DNA from: Chrysomallon squamiferum
Lineage: Eukaryota; Animalia; Mollusca
DNA: 64,000 bases
Direction of reading: 5' to 3'
Assembly (NCBI GenBank): GCA_012295275.1
Contig: CM022670.1
Coordinates: 682,001-746,000 of the forward strand
The notes beneath the pieces are model-generated. The model did no database searches. It was not told the DNA's origin and saw only the letters and a program-made list of their open reading frames with translations. Below, piece by piece: positions 26,923 to 40,712 of the stretch (position 1 is the stretch's first letter; each line of letters begins with the position of its first letter). Made by a program: the position numbers and the translations under genes.

Positions 26923-28253
26923 TTGTTTTTTTTTTGGTTTTTTTTTTTTTTTTTTTTTTTTTTTTGTTCTTGTTCATGGTCTTGTTATGGATATTTTATT
27001 TTTTTTTTATAAATTTTATTTACCGCTTGATATAATTTTCAAAATAAACAATTTAATACTAAAAATGTAACTTGATTTTATAATAATAAGAAACAAAATA
27101 ATAATAAAGAAAACAAAAACAGAATCTGGTAAATAAATTAACAGATGTATTATTATTATTATTATTTGTTTGTTTAAAGCCACGTGTGCGCGTGTGTGCG
27201 TGTGCGTCTGCGTATGTTAATGTTCGTATGAAGAATTCTGCAGCTTTAGCGAGGATATATATATATATATAACATAATGTCTTTCACAGTTCCGTTCTTC
27301 ATCATTATTAAGAGAGGTCATCCGTAAAGTACGAATGCCTAGAGGGGGATGTGTTCGGGCGTTACGTGCGAAGAGTGATGGAGGAGCATTTCGTCCATAG
27401 GTTACCTAAGTTAGTGAGTCTGCCAGAAACAAAGAAATAATAATAATAATAATAAGGAACAATGCACGGATTTCAAATTCAAATCAAAACAGTTGAATAA
27501 AATTACTTGATAAATATTTCAAAGTTAGTGGTATTTGCAGATCAGGTTCAGCGTGTTGTATTCACCAAACACAAGGCGGGGTGGTGGTCTTACAATGGTT
27601 AAATATTCAGAATATATGTCTACTGGGATGATTCAAATTTATACACATGCAGTAATTTATTATTAATGATTTATAATCAGTTTCGAGAAAATAGCCAGGA
27701 CGTAAGCTTCTTTTTCGATAATATTTTATGAAAATATTACACATAATTAATATGCATATTAATTACCAAGCTCGATAATTATATTTTAAAGTAGTCAGAA
27801 TCAAAAGAAAACCTAAAACCTTATTATTTTTCTTTTTCTTCTTTTCTTTAAGACGTCCATCTAGAATGTACCGACAGTCTCGTGTAGGTCGTTTGGTGCA
27901 CTGAGAGCCATGCGACGTGACGTCACCGTCAGATCACGATTCATGCATTCTTGTTTAGAATACGACGTTAGTAAAAAGAGAGCCATTCAAGTTTCCATTG
28001 TGCCGAAGCTACTCGACGACAGCTATTGATATAATATTACTTGATTTGTACACAAACACGACGCAGATAGTGATAGATCGTTTCTCTGACAAAAAAATTG
28101 CTATAGAGGGCATTAAGTGCATGGTGAAATTTCAGTAAGAAATTTCTCGTCAGTTTATAATGATGCAGGAAATGGGATTTTTTCTCTTTTTTTATTTCTG
28201 TAATAATACATGTATTATATTTCTCATTTCATTGATTTATTAACAATTATGTA

Positions 28254-28255
<2 letters not shown>

Positions 28256-28324
<69 letters not shown>
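28256..28324. repeat. (TC)n microsatellite
   Basis: Direct reading. Confidence 0.95.
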
Positions 28325-28330
<6 letters not shown>

Positions 28331-28794
28331 CTTTATCTTTTATTACTTTAATTATCAATAATAGTAGAAACACAGTAAAAGATCTAAACGTAATTTATAT
28401 TTATGTACACGCATACACATATTTATAGAAAATGAGAACAAAATATTGCTTCCAAAATGCTTACAAATGTGCATGTCACAATTAATGTTATGTTTTCTGT
28501 GGGAATGGATCCTGAATTTAGACACAACTTTCCTCATAAATACATTTTATTATAAAGAGAGAACATGGCTCATTACAGATTTTTGTAAATCTTTGAATAA
28601 TAAAATATGTTATATTTAATTCTTTTTAATTTAATTAATTTATTTGTTGTTTTGATTTTTTCTTTATTTCTTTATTTTGTTGTTGTTACTGCTGTTGTTG
28701 TTTGTTTCTTTTTTAAAATTTATTTTATTAACATATACGCTATATTTTTTTTCTATCATTTATAGTATATTTTAGGGGGTTATTTTTGCAGCTG

Positions 28795-28806
<12 letters not shown>

Positions 28807-28869
<63 letters not shown>
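28807..28869. repeat. (GA)n microsatellite
   Basis: Direct reading. Confidence 0.95.
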
Positions 28870-28873
<4 letters not shown>

Positions 28874-29339
28874 CCTCTTAAAGCTAGCAAACGTATTTTA
28901 ATTATTTAATTATTAAAAAATATAGAAATATTTATTTATTTCTATTATATTAACAAATAAAATAAAATAATTAAAATATTTTGTATAAATAATAAACAAA
29001 AATATGAAACGAGTGGCATCGTCGGAAAGAAAACTAATAATATTACGAATTATGAAACTATCTCCCGATGGTAATAATAACGAACTACAACAATAACATT
29101 AGTAAAAGATACTAGTAGAAGTAGAATTAAAAAAAAAAAAAAGGAAATCTGGGGTTTTAAGAAAGTTAATTCCCTTTATGTTAATATTTAGCATTTGGAG
29201 ACTCAGTCTTATTGAGATTTAGCCTATGTTAACCTTGAATATAACCTTTAGTTTAGTTTGCGAAAAAAAAAAAGAAAACAAAAAGACTGTTAACATTCTT
29301 AAATTACCCACAGATTTTGTTAAATGTTGCACTTTAAAA

Positions 29340-29565
29340 TAATTGGAAAATCCGCTTCGCGTGCTTACTGTTACGTATTTTTAATTTTTTAACATAATAG
29401 TTTGATTTTATTAGATTTGCTTTAAAAGAAGGTCTCTTCGTATTTTGGGAGGAAATTAAAAACATACTAAAGTGGTATGGCTGCGTCCGATTGCAAGGTG
29501 TGATTGGTGGGGATAGCGAATGTCAAATTGTGATTACTATTATTGTTTAAGATATTAGAATAACA
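29340..29565 (+). promoter_or_regulatory. Probable MRPL28 promoter/5'UTR (TATA-less, reverse CCAAT, CpG retained)
   Basis: GATTGG near 29503, CpG-containing sequence immediately upstream of the ATG, next to the edge of CpG depletion. Confidence 0.4.
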
Positions 29566-29590
29566 ATGGCTGGCTATATTTCCAGAATAA
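29566..29590 (+). CDS. MRPL28: MRPL28 exon 1 (MAGYISRI)
   Basis: ACAATGG start, GTAAGT donor, phase 1 fits exon 2. Confidence 0.75.
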
Positions 29591-29961
29591 GTAAGTATAT
29601 TGTTTTTCAGGGTGTTGGTAATTTGTTATCTAAAGACAGAAACCTTGAAACGTGACCGTTGTGTGATTGTTTTTGACACTTCGTTTTGATGATGACAGAA
29701 ATCATAATTATCGTCATAATCATGTTAATCACTTAATGCATGCCATTACCCTTTACTTTTCCTTAGATCTTAATTATGATCTGCAAAATAATACTTCTTG
29801 TCTGAGTGTCAGTATTCACATTATTTAAAATAAACTAATAATTCAGTTTTATTGGTATTACTAGTACAGTAGTAGTGTGAAAACAATAAAATATGTAAGT
29901 AGATAGAAATAATAAAGAAATGGTCCATTTAAAATTTTAAATAACAAGCATTCTGAAATGC

Positions 29962-30008
<47 letters not shown>

Positions 30009-32298
30009 AATTTTGCTATTTATTATTCCACACTTTCAGGATCAGCAGCATATATTTACAGATTTACCAAGGATGTTGAACCATTGTTACCAAAACACTA
30101 CAAAAAACGATGTCAGGAATTTATGACACGTGATCCAGTCCCTGTCCACTGGAGACCTGTACCTGGAAAGTTCACAATTAAACCAGAGACTGGAGAAAAG
30201 TATTTAATACACAACACACACTAATACCAATATTTAATACATAACACACACTAATGCCAATATAAAAAATAAATTATATCTCATTTATTCAAGAAATGTA
30301 TTTAATTAAAAATGTGTATTAATACTGAGATACATAAATTATAATAGATATATTGGAGAAAAGTATATAATATTTAAAACTTACTAATCATGAAACTTAT
30401 TATATGAGAAGCTAAATATATGTAATGAAGGAAAGTATAAACGTATTACTTTATAAAAATGTATTAATATTTCAAATAAGTTAAAATAACAGAAATTAAT
30501 AACCATCTTAAACTAAACAAACAAAAAAAAAGATTATTTTTAATAATGAAAGAGAAAACCTATAATATAAAATATGAAAACTGAAAGATTTATCAAATTG
30601 TTTACATCTGGCTTATTTATTATTTCATTAAATGTTTTTCCTTACAGAATTCCTGTTCAGAATGTTCCAGTTCCAGTGAAGTTCCCAGCAGAATGCAATG
30701 AGGGATTGTGGGGTGGAGAAGGCATTGTTTATGGCTTTCGTAAAAAGAAGGAAAGAAAACCCAGGTAAACTTACAGTCTTCTAATGCAGTACATGTATGT
30801 TAAGTTGAATTACAGATGAGACTGCAATGAAGCTGCTAGAAAACCATAATCCACTGCTGATGAATATCATTCATACCATGTCTTTTTTCATCTAAAACAA
30901 AACATTAAAAAACAACAACAATTTATTGAAAATAAATATTTGAAATCTAATTAACATAAACCATTAATAACCTCTTGGTAATCACATATATTGTTCCCAT
31001 TTTGAGAATCATTGATTAGTGTTTTGATATTACTCAGCAGGTGTAGACTTTTACTGCAGTAAGCTACTGTACAGATAGTTCACCAACATTTCACTACATG
31101 AAGACTGTACCAGACTCAAGAAGCTCTGTACAACCAAACAACTGGATGTGTATAGCTACATTACTGAAAACATGACTTGTTTATTTTACATACACAGCTG
31201 CCAGAGTTTGAGAAGTTGAAACATGTCCTGTCTTACAAAAACTTACAGGAGAATTTTAATTCTGGAATAGCTTAGAAATTTTACAGAATTTTATATAAAA
31301 TACAGCATTCCTGTTTTATAGATTTATGAAAATAATGTGTGTGTATTTTATGTGGTATGGGTGTGAATATTTGTACTGACAGACTAATGTGACTGTGTTA
31401 AACACGATCTGGGAGCTAGAGTTATCTGCCCAAGACAGTGTTGAATTAATGAAGAGGATTAATTAGAAAGAAGGTTGTGTACTGTAGTTTGATCCTAGTA
31501 CTACAATTAATGCTGATAGCACTGACTCAAGTGAAAATAAAATACATAATTTATTTTCAGATCTGTGAAAGCCTGGATGCCATACATTATAAATCGTGTG
31601 TTCTACAGTGAGATTTTAGACAAACATATGGCAATCAGAGTCACACCCAGAACACTAGACCTCATTGATGAAGCCTACGGATTTGATAATTATATATTAA
31701 AGGTAACAAATCACTGAAAATAATGTCTTTCATCTTTACCTATGTCCAGTATTCATGATGTGAAACATACAAAATAGTATCTCACCTGAACATATCTTGT
31801 TGCTTGTTTTTTTTTTTAGAAATAATGTGTTTCTTTCGTTTTTAATGAATAATGTTATTTGTTAAAGCTTCTAAAGATCATGTCAAAGAAGAAACAAACT
31901 TCTGCACTCACTCATTTGCATCATAGAAAATATGATGTACATTTCCTGCAAACAGGACAGTACACACCAGTGTCTTTGGACCAGTAGTTCTGGGGAACTG
32001 GAAGAAATACCACAAAGGATACACTGAGATGGAATATAGAAAATCTTATTTTTTGTGATATTAAATATTTTGTATAACAACATTTAAACATTATTAATTT
32101 TTTAAAGTATTAAAAGCATCTGAATTGCTGTAATTTTGTTTTATATTTCTAAAGACTCATGAGGTGGATTTGAACTCGAGACTTGGAATGAAACTCAAAG
32201 GTGAAATGTTGTTAGCACTGGCAAGAAAGTCCATGTATCCCAACAATCCGGAAAAACGAGACAAGATTTATGAAAAGTACAAAGAGTTTGTTATTCCG
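29566..32298 (+). CDS. MRPL28: 39S mitochondrial ribosomal protein L28 (bL28m), exons 1-5 (196 codons); terminal exon not found in window
   Basis: Exons 29566-29590, 30040-30199, 30648-30764, 31561-31702 and 32155-32298 join in phase. They give [58 protein letters not shown], matching metazoan MRPL28 (human [44 protein letters not shown]). Ends at the donor CCG|GTAAGT. Confidence 0.95.
30040..30199 (+). CDS. MRPL28: MRPL28 exon 2
   Basis: TTTCAG acceptor; [23 protein letters not shown]. Confidence 0.92.
30648..30764 (+). CDS. MRPL28: MRPL28 exon 3
   Basis: [23 protein letters not shown]; CAG/GTAAAC. Confidence 0.95.
31561..31702 (+). CDS. MRPL28: MRPL28 exon 4
   Basis: [29 protein letters not shown]. 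Confidence 0.96.
32155..32298 (+). CDS. MRPL28: MRPL28 exon 5
   Basis: [36 protein letters not shown]; donor GTAAGT. Confidence 0.95.
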
Positions 32299-33739
32299 GT
32301 AAGTAAATAAATTATAATTTATAAATTTTAAAATGTACCTGTGTTACTAAGAACAAATAATCAAGATATGTAAATAATGGACTTTAACAAAAAATAAATA
32401 AACATGTAGAAATCTATAAAGTGTGTTGTGTTTTTCTACTTGGAGATCATCATAGTTCAGAACATTATATTTGTTTTTAGTCTCACTAAGTTTGAGTGTA
32501 TATTAAATATTATTTTCAACACAGGTACACTTTAAAATTACAGTAAATTTTAAACATAATGAATTTTAGCTACAGACCTAGAAATAGGCTTGGTCATTAT
32601 CCAAGAAATACCATAGCAAAATTAAATAAAGTTTATTGTGTTATTGTCATTTTATTATTTTTTGTTATTATTTATTTATTATCTTTATTTTTTACTTTAT
32701 ATTTTTTATTTATTTTTTTTTTTTTTTTTTGGCAGGATGATATTAAATTTAAAAAAAAAATGTTTTCTTTGTTTTCATTTTTTTTCATTTTTTTTTTTAT
32801 ATAATTATTATTAACAGAGTTATTAGGGAAACAAAGGCAACTCATTTGTTGAGTATTATTGTGAAACTGTCTATTTCCATTGCTATAAACATTTATTACT
32901 TTTGCTTTTTAAAAATACATTTTTTTTTAGTTTGTATATTTATGGGATCATATGCTAAAATGACAATAAAGCTTCGGTTTTAAGTCTAAGTTATGTGGAG
33001 GTTTTTTTTTTTAAATTTATTTAGCAAATTCACAAAGATTATTAAAAGATAAATATTTTAAAAGAAACATTCTTATATGCTTCGGCTTTTATTCAAATGC
33101 ATTTATCTGCCCTTGTATTTAGATTTACTTCCCTTCGCAAACGAAAGTATAGCAAATATGGGACAAATATACACAACAGGATGAGTTACTTTTACAAAAT
33201 TACTCAAATTATTTTTATGCATATATTTAATATATTTATTGACCATTTTTAGATTTGACTTTATAAGCAAGATCTAACTGAAATGAGAATTTAAAAAAAA
33301 AATGATTTAGAAATTCTGTGTATATGTGTTTGAGAAAGAGAGTGAATAATTACATGGTGAATTCTTTTTATACATTTTGAGGTATATATGTATTATGTTC
33401 TGTTTCCATTTTTATTTAAATGTCATAAAATTTTACAAATATAACTTCTTTATTTATTTACTTATTTGCTTGCATATTTAAATATCTTTGCAACAAAATG
33501 AAGAAAAATATATTTGTTGTTGCTTTCTTGGATATTTCTGTGTTTTCAGATACAGAGTTTATGGATTTGTATTAGCATAAAATTAATATAGCATTCATTT
33601 TTCATTTTTTATTGGAGTAAATATTTCTCTGTGTCAGTGGTGCAGGCAGTTTTCAAAGGAGATGAACAATATATATGCCAATATATATGTAAAACAATCT
33701 TACTGTAATCAGAGTTGACTTGAATGGATATTAAGGTGG

Positions 33740-33773
<34 letters not shown>

Positions 33774-35330
33774 CAGTCTTGTTAAATGTGCATCTCATCT
33801 CAGTATCTTCAAGAAAGTGAATGTGAAGTTATCAGATAAAATATGTAAGGGGTAAGGTCATTGACATCCTTTTTTTGTGGTAAGGAGCAGTTTTGAAGAA
33901 TAAGGATGTGTGTGATATTTTGAAATGGTGGGGTAAGCTGTGATAAATGGTGAATCTCTTGACAGTTTGTTGATGTGACATTGTGACACATCTCAGTCAG
34001 TTTGAGTCCAGGTGATGAAACACAAAATTATACACAGTGGGAAAGTACCATCAGTTTGTCAGACAGTTACGTAATCCTTCCTGTCAACTTATTTCATAAT
34101 AATGACGTATTTACATGTCTGGCTTAGGAATATAGCATTGTTAATCATGATGCTAAAAGTAATCAAAAAATTATTTTTATAATAATACTTTTAAAAAATA
34201 TGTTTAGACTGAATCATTAAATTATAAATAATTATACAAAATTCTGAATCATCAAAAAATACTCTTTGCCTGTATTATTTTTTTTTTTATTTTTTTTTTC
34301 AATGAATGTCCTGACACAGTACATTAAAAACTAGAAGCTACGTCACTGGTTATGTAACTTGCCAGATTTGTTTGTGTGATCAAACTTCCACAATGCACCT
34401 ATTGTTGTATTTACATTTCCAGCCACTTCATCAAGACCATGATTTATATTTTATAATGTTGATAATTAATTAGAATAGCCCATGGAGAAACTGCAGATTT
34501 CATCTCATGTATCATTATAATATAATATTAAAATACTGAAACCATAAAAATACATGAAATATGCTAAATGATAAAACTGTCAGGCTTTCTTTTTTCTAAT
34601 ACATTTAGTCCCGCATTAAAAATGTTATAACTGAATTTTGTTTTCCTTTTTCTTTTATCCTTTTTTTTTCTTTCCCACGGGCAGTATACCTGTGCAAATA
34701 GTGAAATAGTCTAATTAAATATTCATACATTGTACTGCCCTTGGTTGTTTTCGTTATGTTAATTTATGCCACTCACATAAAACTGTGAAGAACTGATGCA
34801 TGTTTTCAAAGCATTCTGTGTTGAAGAGCGATTAGGCCTGACAAGTACACTTCACTTGTATTACCTGTTTGCACCTGTGATTGTCTCACCTATCAGTTTC
34901 AGGTGCTAGCTGACTGCATACCTGGTAGTACGTAAATGTGTGAAGGGTTCTTGGCCATAAAGAAATGACATCAGTCTTTCAGGATTTTTCCCTTTGATCG
35001 TTGTCTTCAGTAGTTACTTTGTAAAGGAAAAGCTAATATATCCTATTGTGGACTTCATGTTTGTCATGGATTCAGTGACCTCTTGACTTAACCTCTGTTG
35101 ACTGGACATTTCTTGGACACACACATCTCTTGTTCAGAAACAATTGGTCATTCTGTCCATGCAATATTACTGACCACTAAGAACTTTGTACTTTGAATTT
35201 GGTCACAAGTGGATACTGTGTCCAAACAGTTATTGACCACTACAGTCCTTGTAGCATCTTTACATTTTTATTATTATTATTTTTATTTTTGTTGTTAATA
35301 ATAAAATTGTTATTATTATTATTATTATTA

Positions 35331-35372
<42 letters not shown>

Positions 35373-36218
35373 AGAAATTTGAGGAGTTAATTAATCTTGT
35401 AAAATAAAATATTTTAATTTTTTTTTAGAATCTTTAATTTTCTTCTTTTTTTTTTCTTCTTCTGCTTTGTTTTTTTAAATATTATAAAAATTAAAAATTG
35501 TTTTTTCAAGATGTAATGTAAAGTTTTATAAGTATTATAGTAATATTATTTCATTTAAATAAATGAATGACTATATACCTGAATGTACAAAAAGCCCCAA
35601 ATGTGGCAGGATTGTGTTTATTCACTTGTTTTTTGTCTGTAAATTAACATGGATTAATATTAATCACTGTGCTGTCTGTAGTGTAAACAGAAAATAAAAT
35701 GTTTATTCTATTTCTTAACTTTATTGTGAAGCACCTTCGTGTACCTAGATTTATAATATTTATAATAAAAAAAGATACATATATGCACGTGAGCATGCAG
35801 ACATACACACTATTATCAAAAATATTCAATATAACAGAAACATAATCAGACATAAAATTCTCACATCATCCAACAGCTTACTAATCAAACCATAGAATAT
35901 ACAAAGACATGTCACATTTAATCTTGTTTTCAGACATACACAAGCATCAATAAACAAAGAGAATGGCAGCTATACACATTTTTCACTGTGTATATTCTAC
36001 ACAAACACACAACTCTTTACTATCCCTTTATGTACAAACATATATAATCAGTTTCACTAATCACATGTATTTCCAGTTTTCCTCTAGACATATTCACATT
36101 AACATAAGCACATACATATAAACATACATTTAGACATACCTACATACAAATCCACTTCCATATACATATATACACATATTTACACATACATATGCACTCA
36201 GTCACAAGTATGCACATG

Positions 36219-36221
<3 letters not shown>

Positions 36222-36270
<49 letters not shown>
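36222..36270. repeat. (AC)n microsatellite
   Basis: Direct reading. Confidence 0.95.
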
Positions 36271-36273
<3 letters not shown>

Positions 36274-36817
36274 TCACAGACATCACACAATATCTCAATC
36301 AGTCTACTCAATATACAAACATGGGCAGTGTCCATTCTAATCTGGTATTTTATTGCTGTGATTCTGGGGCTGGGTGTGGAATTAGTGTCACTAGGGAACA
36401 CATACCTGTCCTGTCTCTTTCTAATTGCCTGTGTTTCCAGATAGGTAGAAATGTCTCCACAGTGTTGGCAGGACCCAGTCTCTTGACATTGATGAGATAA
36501 ACAAATAACTGTAATCTCTTTAACACTTTGTTGTTCTAACGTCTGATGTCACTAAATGTATAGTTTTAAGTTAAGACTTTTATACATAAATATAAAACAC
36601 TTAAGTATCTTATACATATTAAAAAAACTTAAGAAACTGTAATTTTGTTTTATGTTTCATTTGTCTTTATGTATGTATTTATGGGTATTTATATCACATA
36701 TGTAAGAACGTATGTATTTGAGGGTGTCTGTGTGTGTGTGTGTGTATGTGTGTGATCATTAAAATGTATTCATTCTGAGGCATATTGGGTTTCATGATCA
36801 ATTTTTTTTTTTTTTTA

Positions 36818-37090
36818 GAATACCCTTGGGCTATTTCCAATTTACTTAATTAATCAAAGGCTGTGACATAAATTAACTTTACAGTCCAGGGAATGGCCTA
36901 AACTAAAATACATTTCTTTGCTAACCTTTAATAATGGTCAATGATATGCTGTTAAGAGGTTTTATGTCATTTTCAAATTTACTATATACTAACTCTGAAA
37001 CAGAAAAAATAACTCACTGAGGAGGATTGATCTTGCAACTTGTCAGTCCTCAGGCTGGGACTTGACCTGCAAGCTAAAACTTACTCTCCA
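36818..37090. mobile_element. Degenerate tRNA-derived SINE fragments
   Basis: TTGGGCTATTTC..ATCAAAGGCTGTG.. resembles gastropod SINE central domains as I recall them, and 37015-37088 on the minus strand resembles a decayed tRNA-like head. Recognition is from memory, not a search. Confidence 0.35.
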
Positions 37091-38867
37091 TTGTTTTTAA
37101 ATGTACATACCTGAGTTTTAATCTCCACAGCCATTAGAAATTTAATTACAGCCAACAGGCATGTCTAATGTCAACCCTGAACTTTGACAATAATTCATCT
37201 GACACGGTCACTTTTCTAATTACCAGCACTGACCAATACTGACCTCCATTTCCTGGATCAGCTCAGAGACATTTACAGCTGATGATGTTGTGGTCAGGTA
37301 TCTGCTGATTAGGTTTTGTATTGTTTAGGTGTATCATGTTGTTGGGGAAAAGGACTGAGGAAGTAAAAAAGAAAGATTTCTTCCCGAATAAACAAAACAA
37401 ATGTATACTGTTTTATTTTGTATTTTTTTGTTTTTATAAAAGAGAGAGAGAAAAAGAGATTTGCAGTATCATTTCCTAAATATATAAGATGGTTATCTAA
37501 TTTATCTTTTGTTTATATAACCTGCCAGGTAACCATATTCTTCTAGATAAACATGTAACTACACAACATGAAATACCATGTTGTCATGGAAACAAATATT
37601 TCAATTTTAAGATAGCAAAGACATTTTAATTAACTTAGAAATTAATTTATTTTGTTATCTGTTTGCTTGAAATATTTTTGAAGGAAGGCAGGTTTGCTGT
37701 ATTTTGAAAATAAAGATATTTTTTGTCATATAATATTCATAATGTATTCAATGAAATTATCCATAGCTGAAACATCCAAGTAAATTTCAATCTCCTGATT
37801 GTTCATGGCCAAAAAGTTAATTCATTATACCAAAATATATTATGTTTGAATATTGTTAATTGGGATTTGAAATTGAAAAGTTAATTGGTTTGTGAATCAA
37901 CAGACAAATGTAAGAGAAACTTTCAAAAAGATCCTAATGATTATTATTATTAAACTGTCCAGCATCAGAACTTGACCCAAAAACCTTCAAGATACACAAA
38001 GATTTGTAAACTTCTTTATTGTTTTTATTTTTTAAATTTATTTTTTATTAAACCATTAAATGTCCCTGGGACTTCCAGTAGCTCAAGGCCTCAGAAAGCA
38101 GTTTCAGTATAAAATTTTAAAAATTATATTATTATTAATATTGTTGTTATTGTTGTTTCTGATGTTGTTGTTTTTGTGGTTGTTTGAAGTCAGTTATAAT
38201 AACAAACCATTATAATTAGTTCTTTTAAAATATATTTCTGCAGTGACTTAAACTAAATATGAGTATATGAAAATTCAAACCAGTAATTGAAAGAATAAAT
38301 AAAAATACAAATTTTATCAGTCTTCTATCATTGTATCATTTACTAACTTAAAAAAAACTCATTTAACCAATGTACAAATATTTCAACATGACTGAACTTC
38401 TTTATTTTTACAACCAGTCTTCCACAAGAGATGTTCCCTTTTTCATCTCAGTATTCCTTCCTGACAAAATCTGTGGAAACAAATATCAAAGATAAAAAGA
38501 TGTGTCTGCATGCTGCCGATATGTTGACTTGATTTAGCTGATATTTGTTTTATTTCAGCCTCACTTGATAATCTTTTGTAGGACAACAAAAACTTGTATT
38601 TCTTAATCAGCCACATAATTAGCCAGCACACAGCACACAAACATCGGTTGAAGTCAGCATCTGGCAGTTTCACATTTTAACTGTTTGCACAGCTGTACAG
38701 CAATGCACACCAGTGCATGGTTTTCTTTGTTCTTGCTGTCAGCTAATACCTACATGTCAGTTACACAGTACTGTGTGTTAGCTAGCAGTGATATTTGTAA
38801 TGTATTTACCTCATAGATTTAATGTTCTTCTATTTTACACACCAATAGTTTAGTTTTGTTATTATTT

Positions 38868-38954
38868 ATATAATATAATATAATATAATATAATATAATA
38901 TAATATAATATAATATAATATAATATAATATAATATAATATAATATAATAATAT
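38868..38954. repeat. (ATAAT)n pentanucleotide microsatellite
   Basis: Direct reading. Confidence 0.95.
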
Positions 38955-40706
38955 AGGTATTTTATTTTATTTTTCATTTATTTTATTAGCTTCTAAGGTA
39001 GTATGAAAATAAATACATCTAACAGAAAAAAGTTATTTTAACAGTGTAATTCATAAAATTCTGGTTTCTGAAGGATAGAAGGACAAAAGTACATTTATTT
39101 GTGTAAGTTAATGTTTGATTTTTAATATTATTTTTTATTATTATTAAAAAAATGTTCTTGTATTATTATTTTTTTTATTTTTATTTTTTTCTTACCTATA
39201 TTTTTAATTTAAAGTCTCAGACATACAAAATAAGAGATAATCATATTTGTAATTATAGATGATAGCAAGAGCTCTATTAACATTTGACTTCAGCATACAA
39301 AATGAAAGATAGTCTTCTTAGAGAGAGAAAAACCACAAATTTTATTCATTACGCAAGTCACAGACAAAACCATGCTGCAGACCCATCACAGAAATTTAAA
39401 CCATTTTCCTTCAAACTCATGTGGGTGTGATTATTTCACTGCAACCATTTTTATCAGGTCCATCTGCAGGAGCAGGCAAGCTTACTTAACTTGACCAACA
39501 TCGATCAGGCTGTCTTCATAAACAGTGGGGCACAAAACAGTGTCAGATGTAGTTTTATCATGCCAACTCCACTTTATGTAATAATAAATGTATGGATTGT
39601 GGATAAGTTAAGAAATAATAATTATAATGGTAATAGTAGTAGCAGTAGCTGTAGTAGTAGTAGTAGTAATAAAACAATAGTAATAATACAAGTTATAAGA
39701 TTAATAATAAAGTATTTAATTTAATCTATTACTGAATAAAAAATATTAAGGAAAGTATTTGGAGACCACTATTGTTTTTGTTTTAACTGTCAGTAATCCA
39801 GTACCTGCTGTAAGTGATACTCATCAGACACACACACACACACAAACAACACTGAATACTCTTTGTAACTGTAAATTTATAAATATTAGTGTATTGCTAC
39901 AGTGAATTAATTCTTGTCAATATTCATCTGCAAGCCATTTCCTCATCTGGCCAGCAGGTTTTGATGCAAGCCATGACTACAGAGCAACACCAAACAATGT
40001 GAGATGTAGCTTTTATCATGTCAGTCACTTTATTTGTTGTCAGTTGACTGAACCTAGTGATAGAGCACATCTCTCTGCACTTCATCTTTCACTTCACACT
40101 GATAACAAAACCATTTATTCCACATTTCTAACAGTGTGTTTGTGTGTAGCATGGGAAATAATGGTTTGAAGTAAATGGTGGTTCTATGCATTAGTAAAGA
40201 TGATAGTTACAAATTTTCTTGCAATGTGTGTGATGTGAAAAATGATAGTTTATTGGTGTGTCAAAATGAAACTTTCATAATGGTTATTATTCTTCATCAT
40301 GTAAGGAAAGAGAACTATCTTGAATTAATAGAATCTTTTGTTAATACTTTTCATTTGCTGTTCTTATCAGTGTTATAAAAGTATGAAGTACTGTTGACTT
40401 TTTAATCTATTTATTGGTTATTAAAATATTTATTACATAAACATTTATTTAATTCTTATTTCTGAGCGGTTTTTGTTTGTTTTACCTAATGGAAAGGTAC
40501 AGTATCATTTTTTTGTTGTTGTTGTTGTTGTTGTTTGTGGTGAGTTTTTCTTTTCTTGGAATTTTAAAACTTATTAACAGAAAATATGATTTCTTTCAGT
40601 GAGGTTATCGGTATATTTTTCAGCTTCCTTGAAGTAATAAAGTTATTTACATTAACAATACAAAGAGATAAAAACAACAAAACAATCCAATTAATTATTA
40701 TTTTTC

Positions 40707-40712
40707 TTTATT
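40707..40712 (-). terminator. Putative polyadenylation signal (AATAAA) of the nested gene
   Basis: AATAAA on the minus strand followed by a GT/T-rich tract (about 40670-40690); implies a 3'UTR of about 950 nt. Confidence 0.45.

Noticed and set aside
30850-31790. Intronic C/D-box snoRNA in MRPL28
   Set aside because: No proper RTGATGA...CTGA pair with suitable spacing and a terminal stem.
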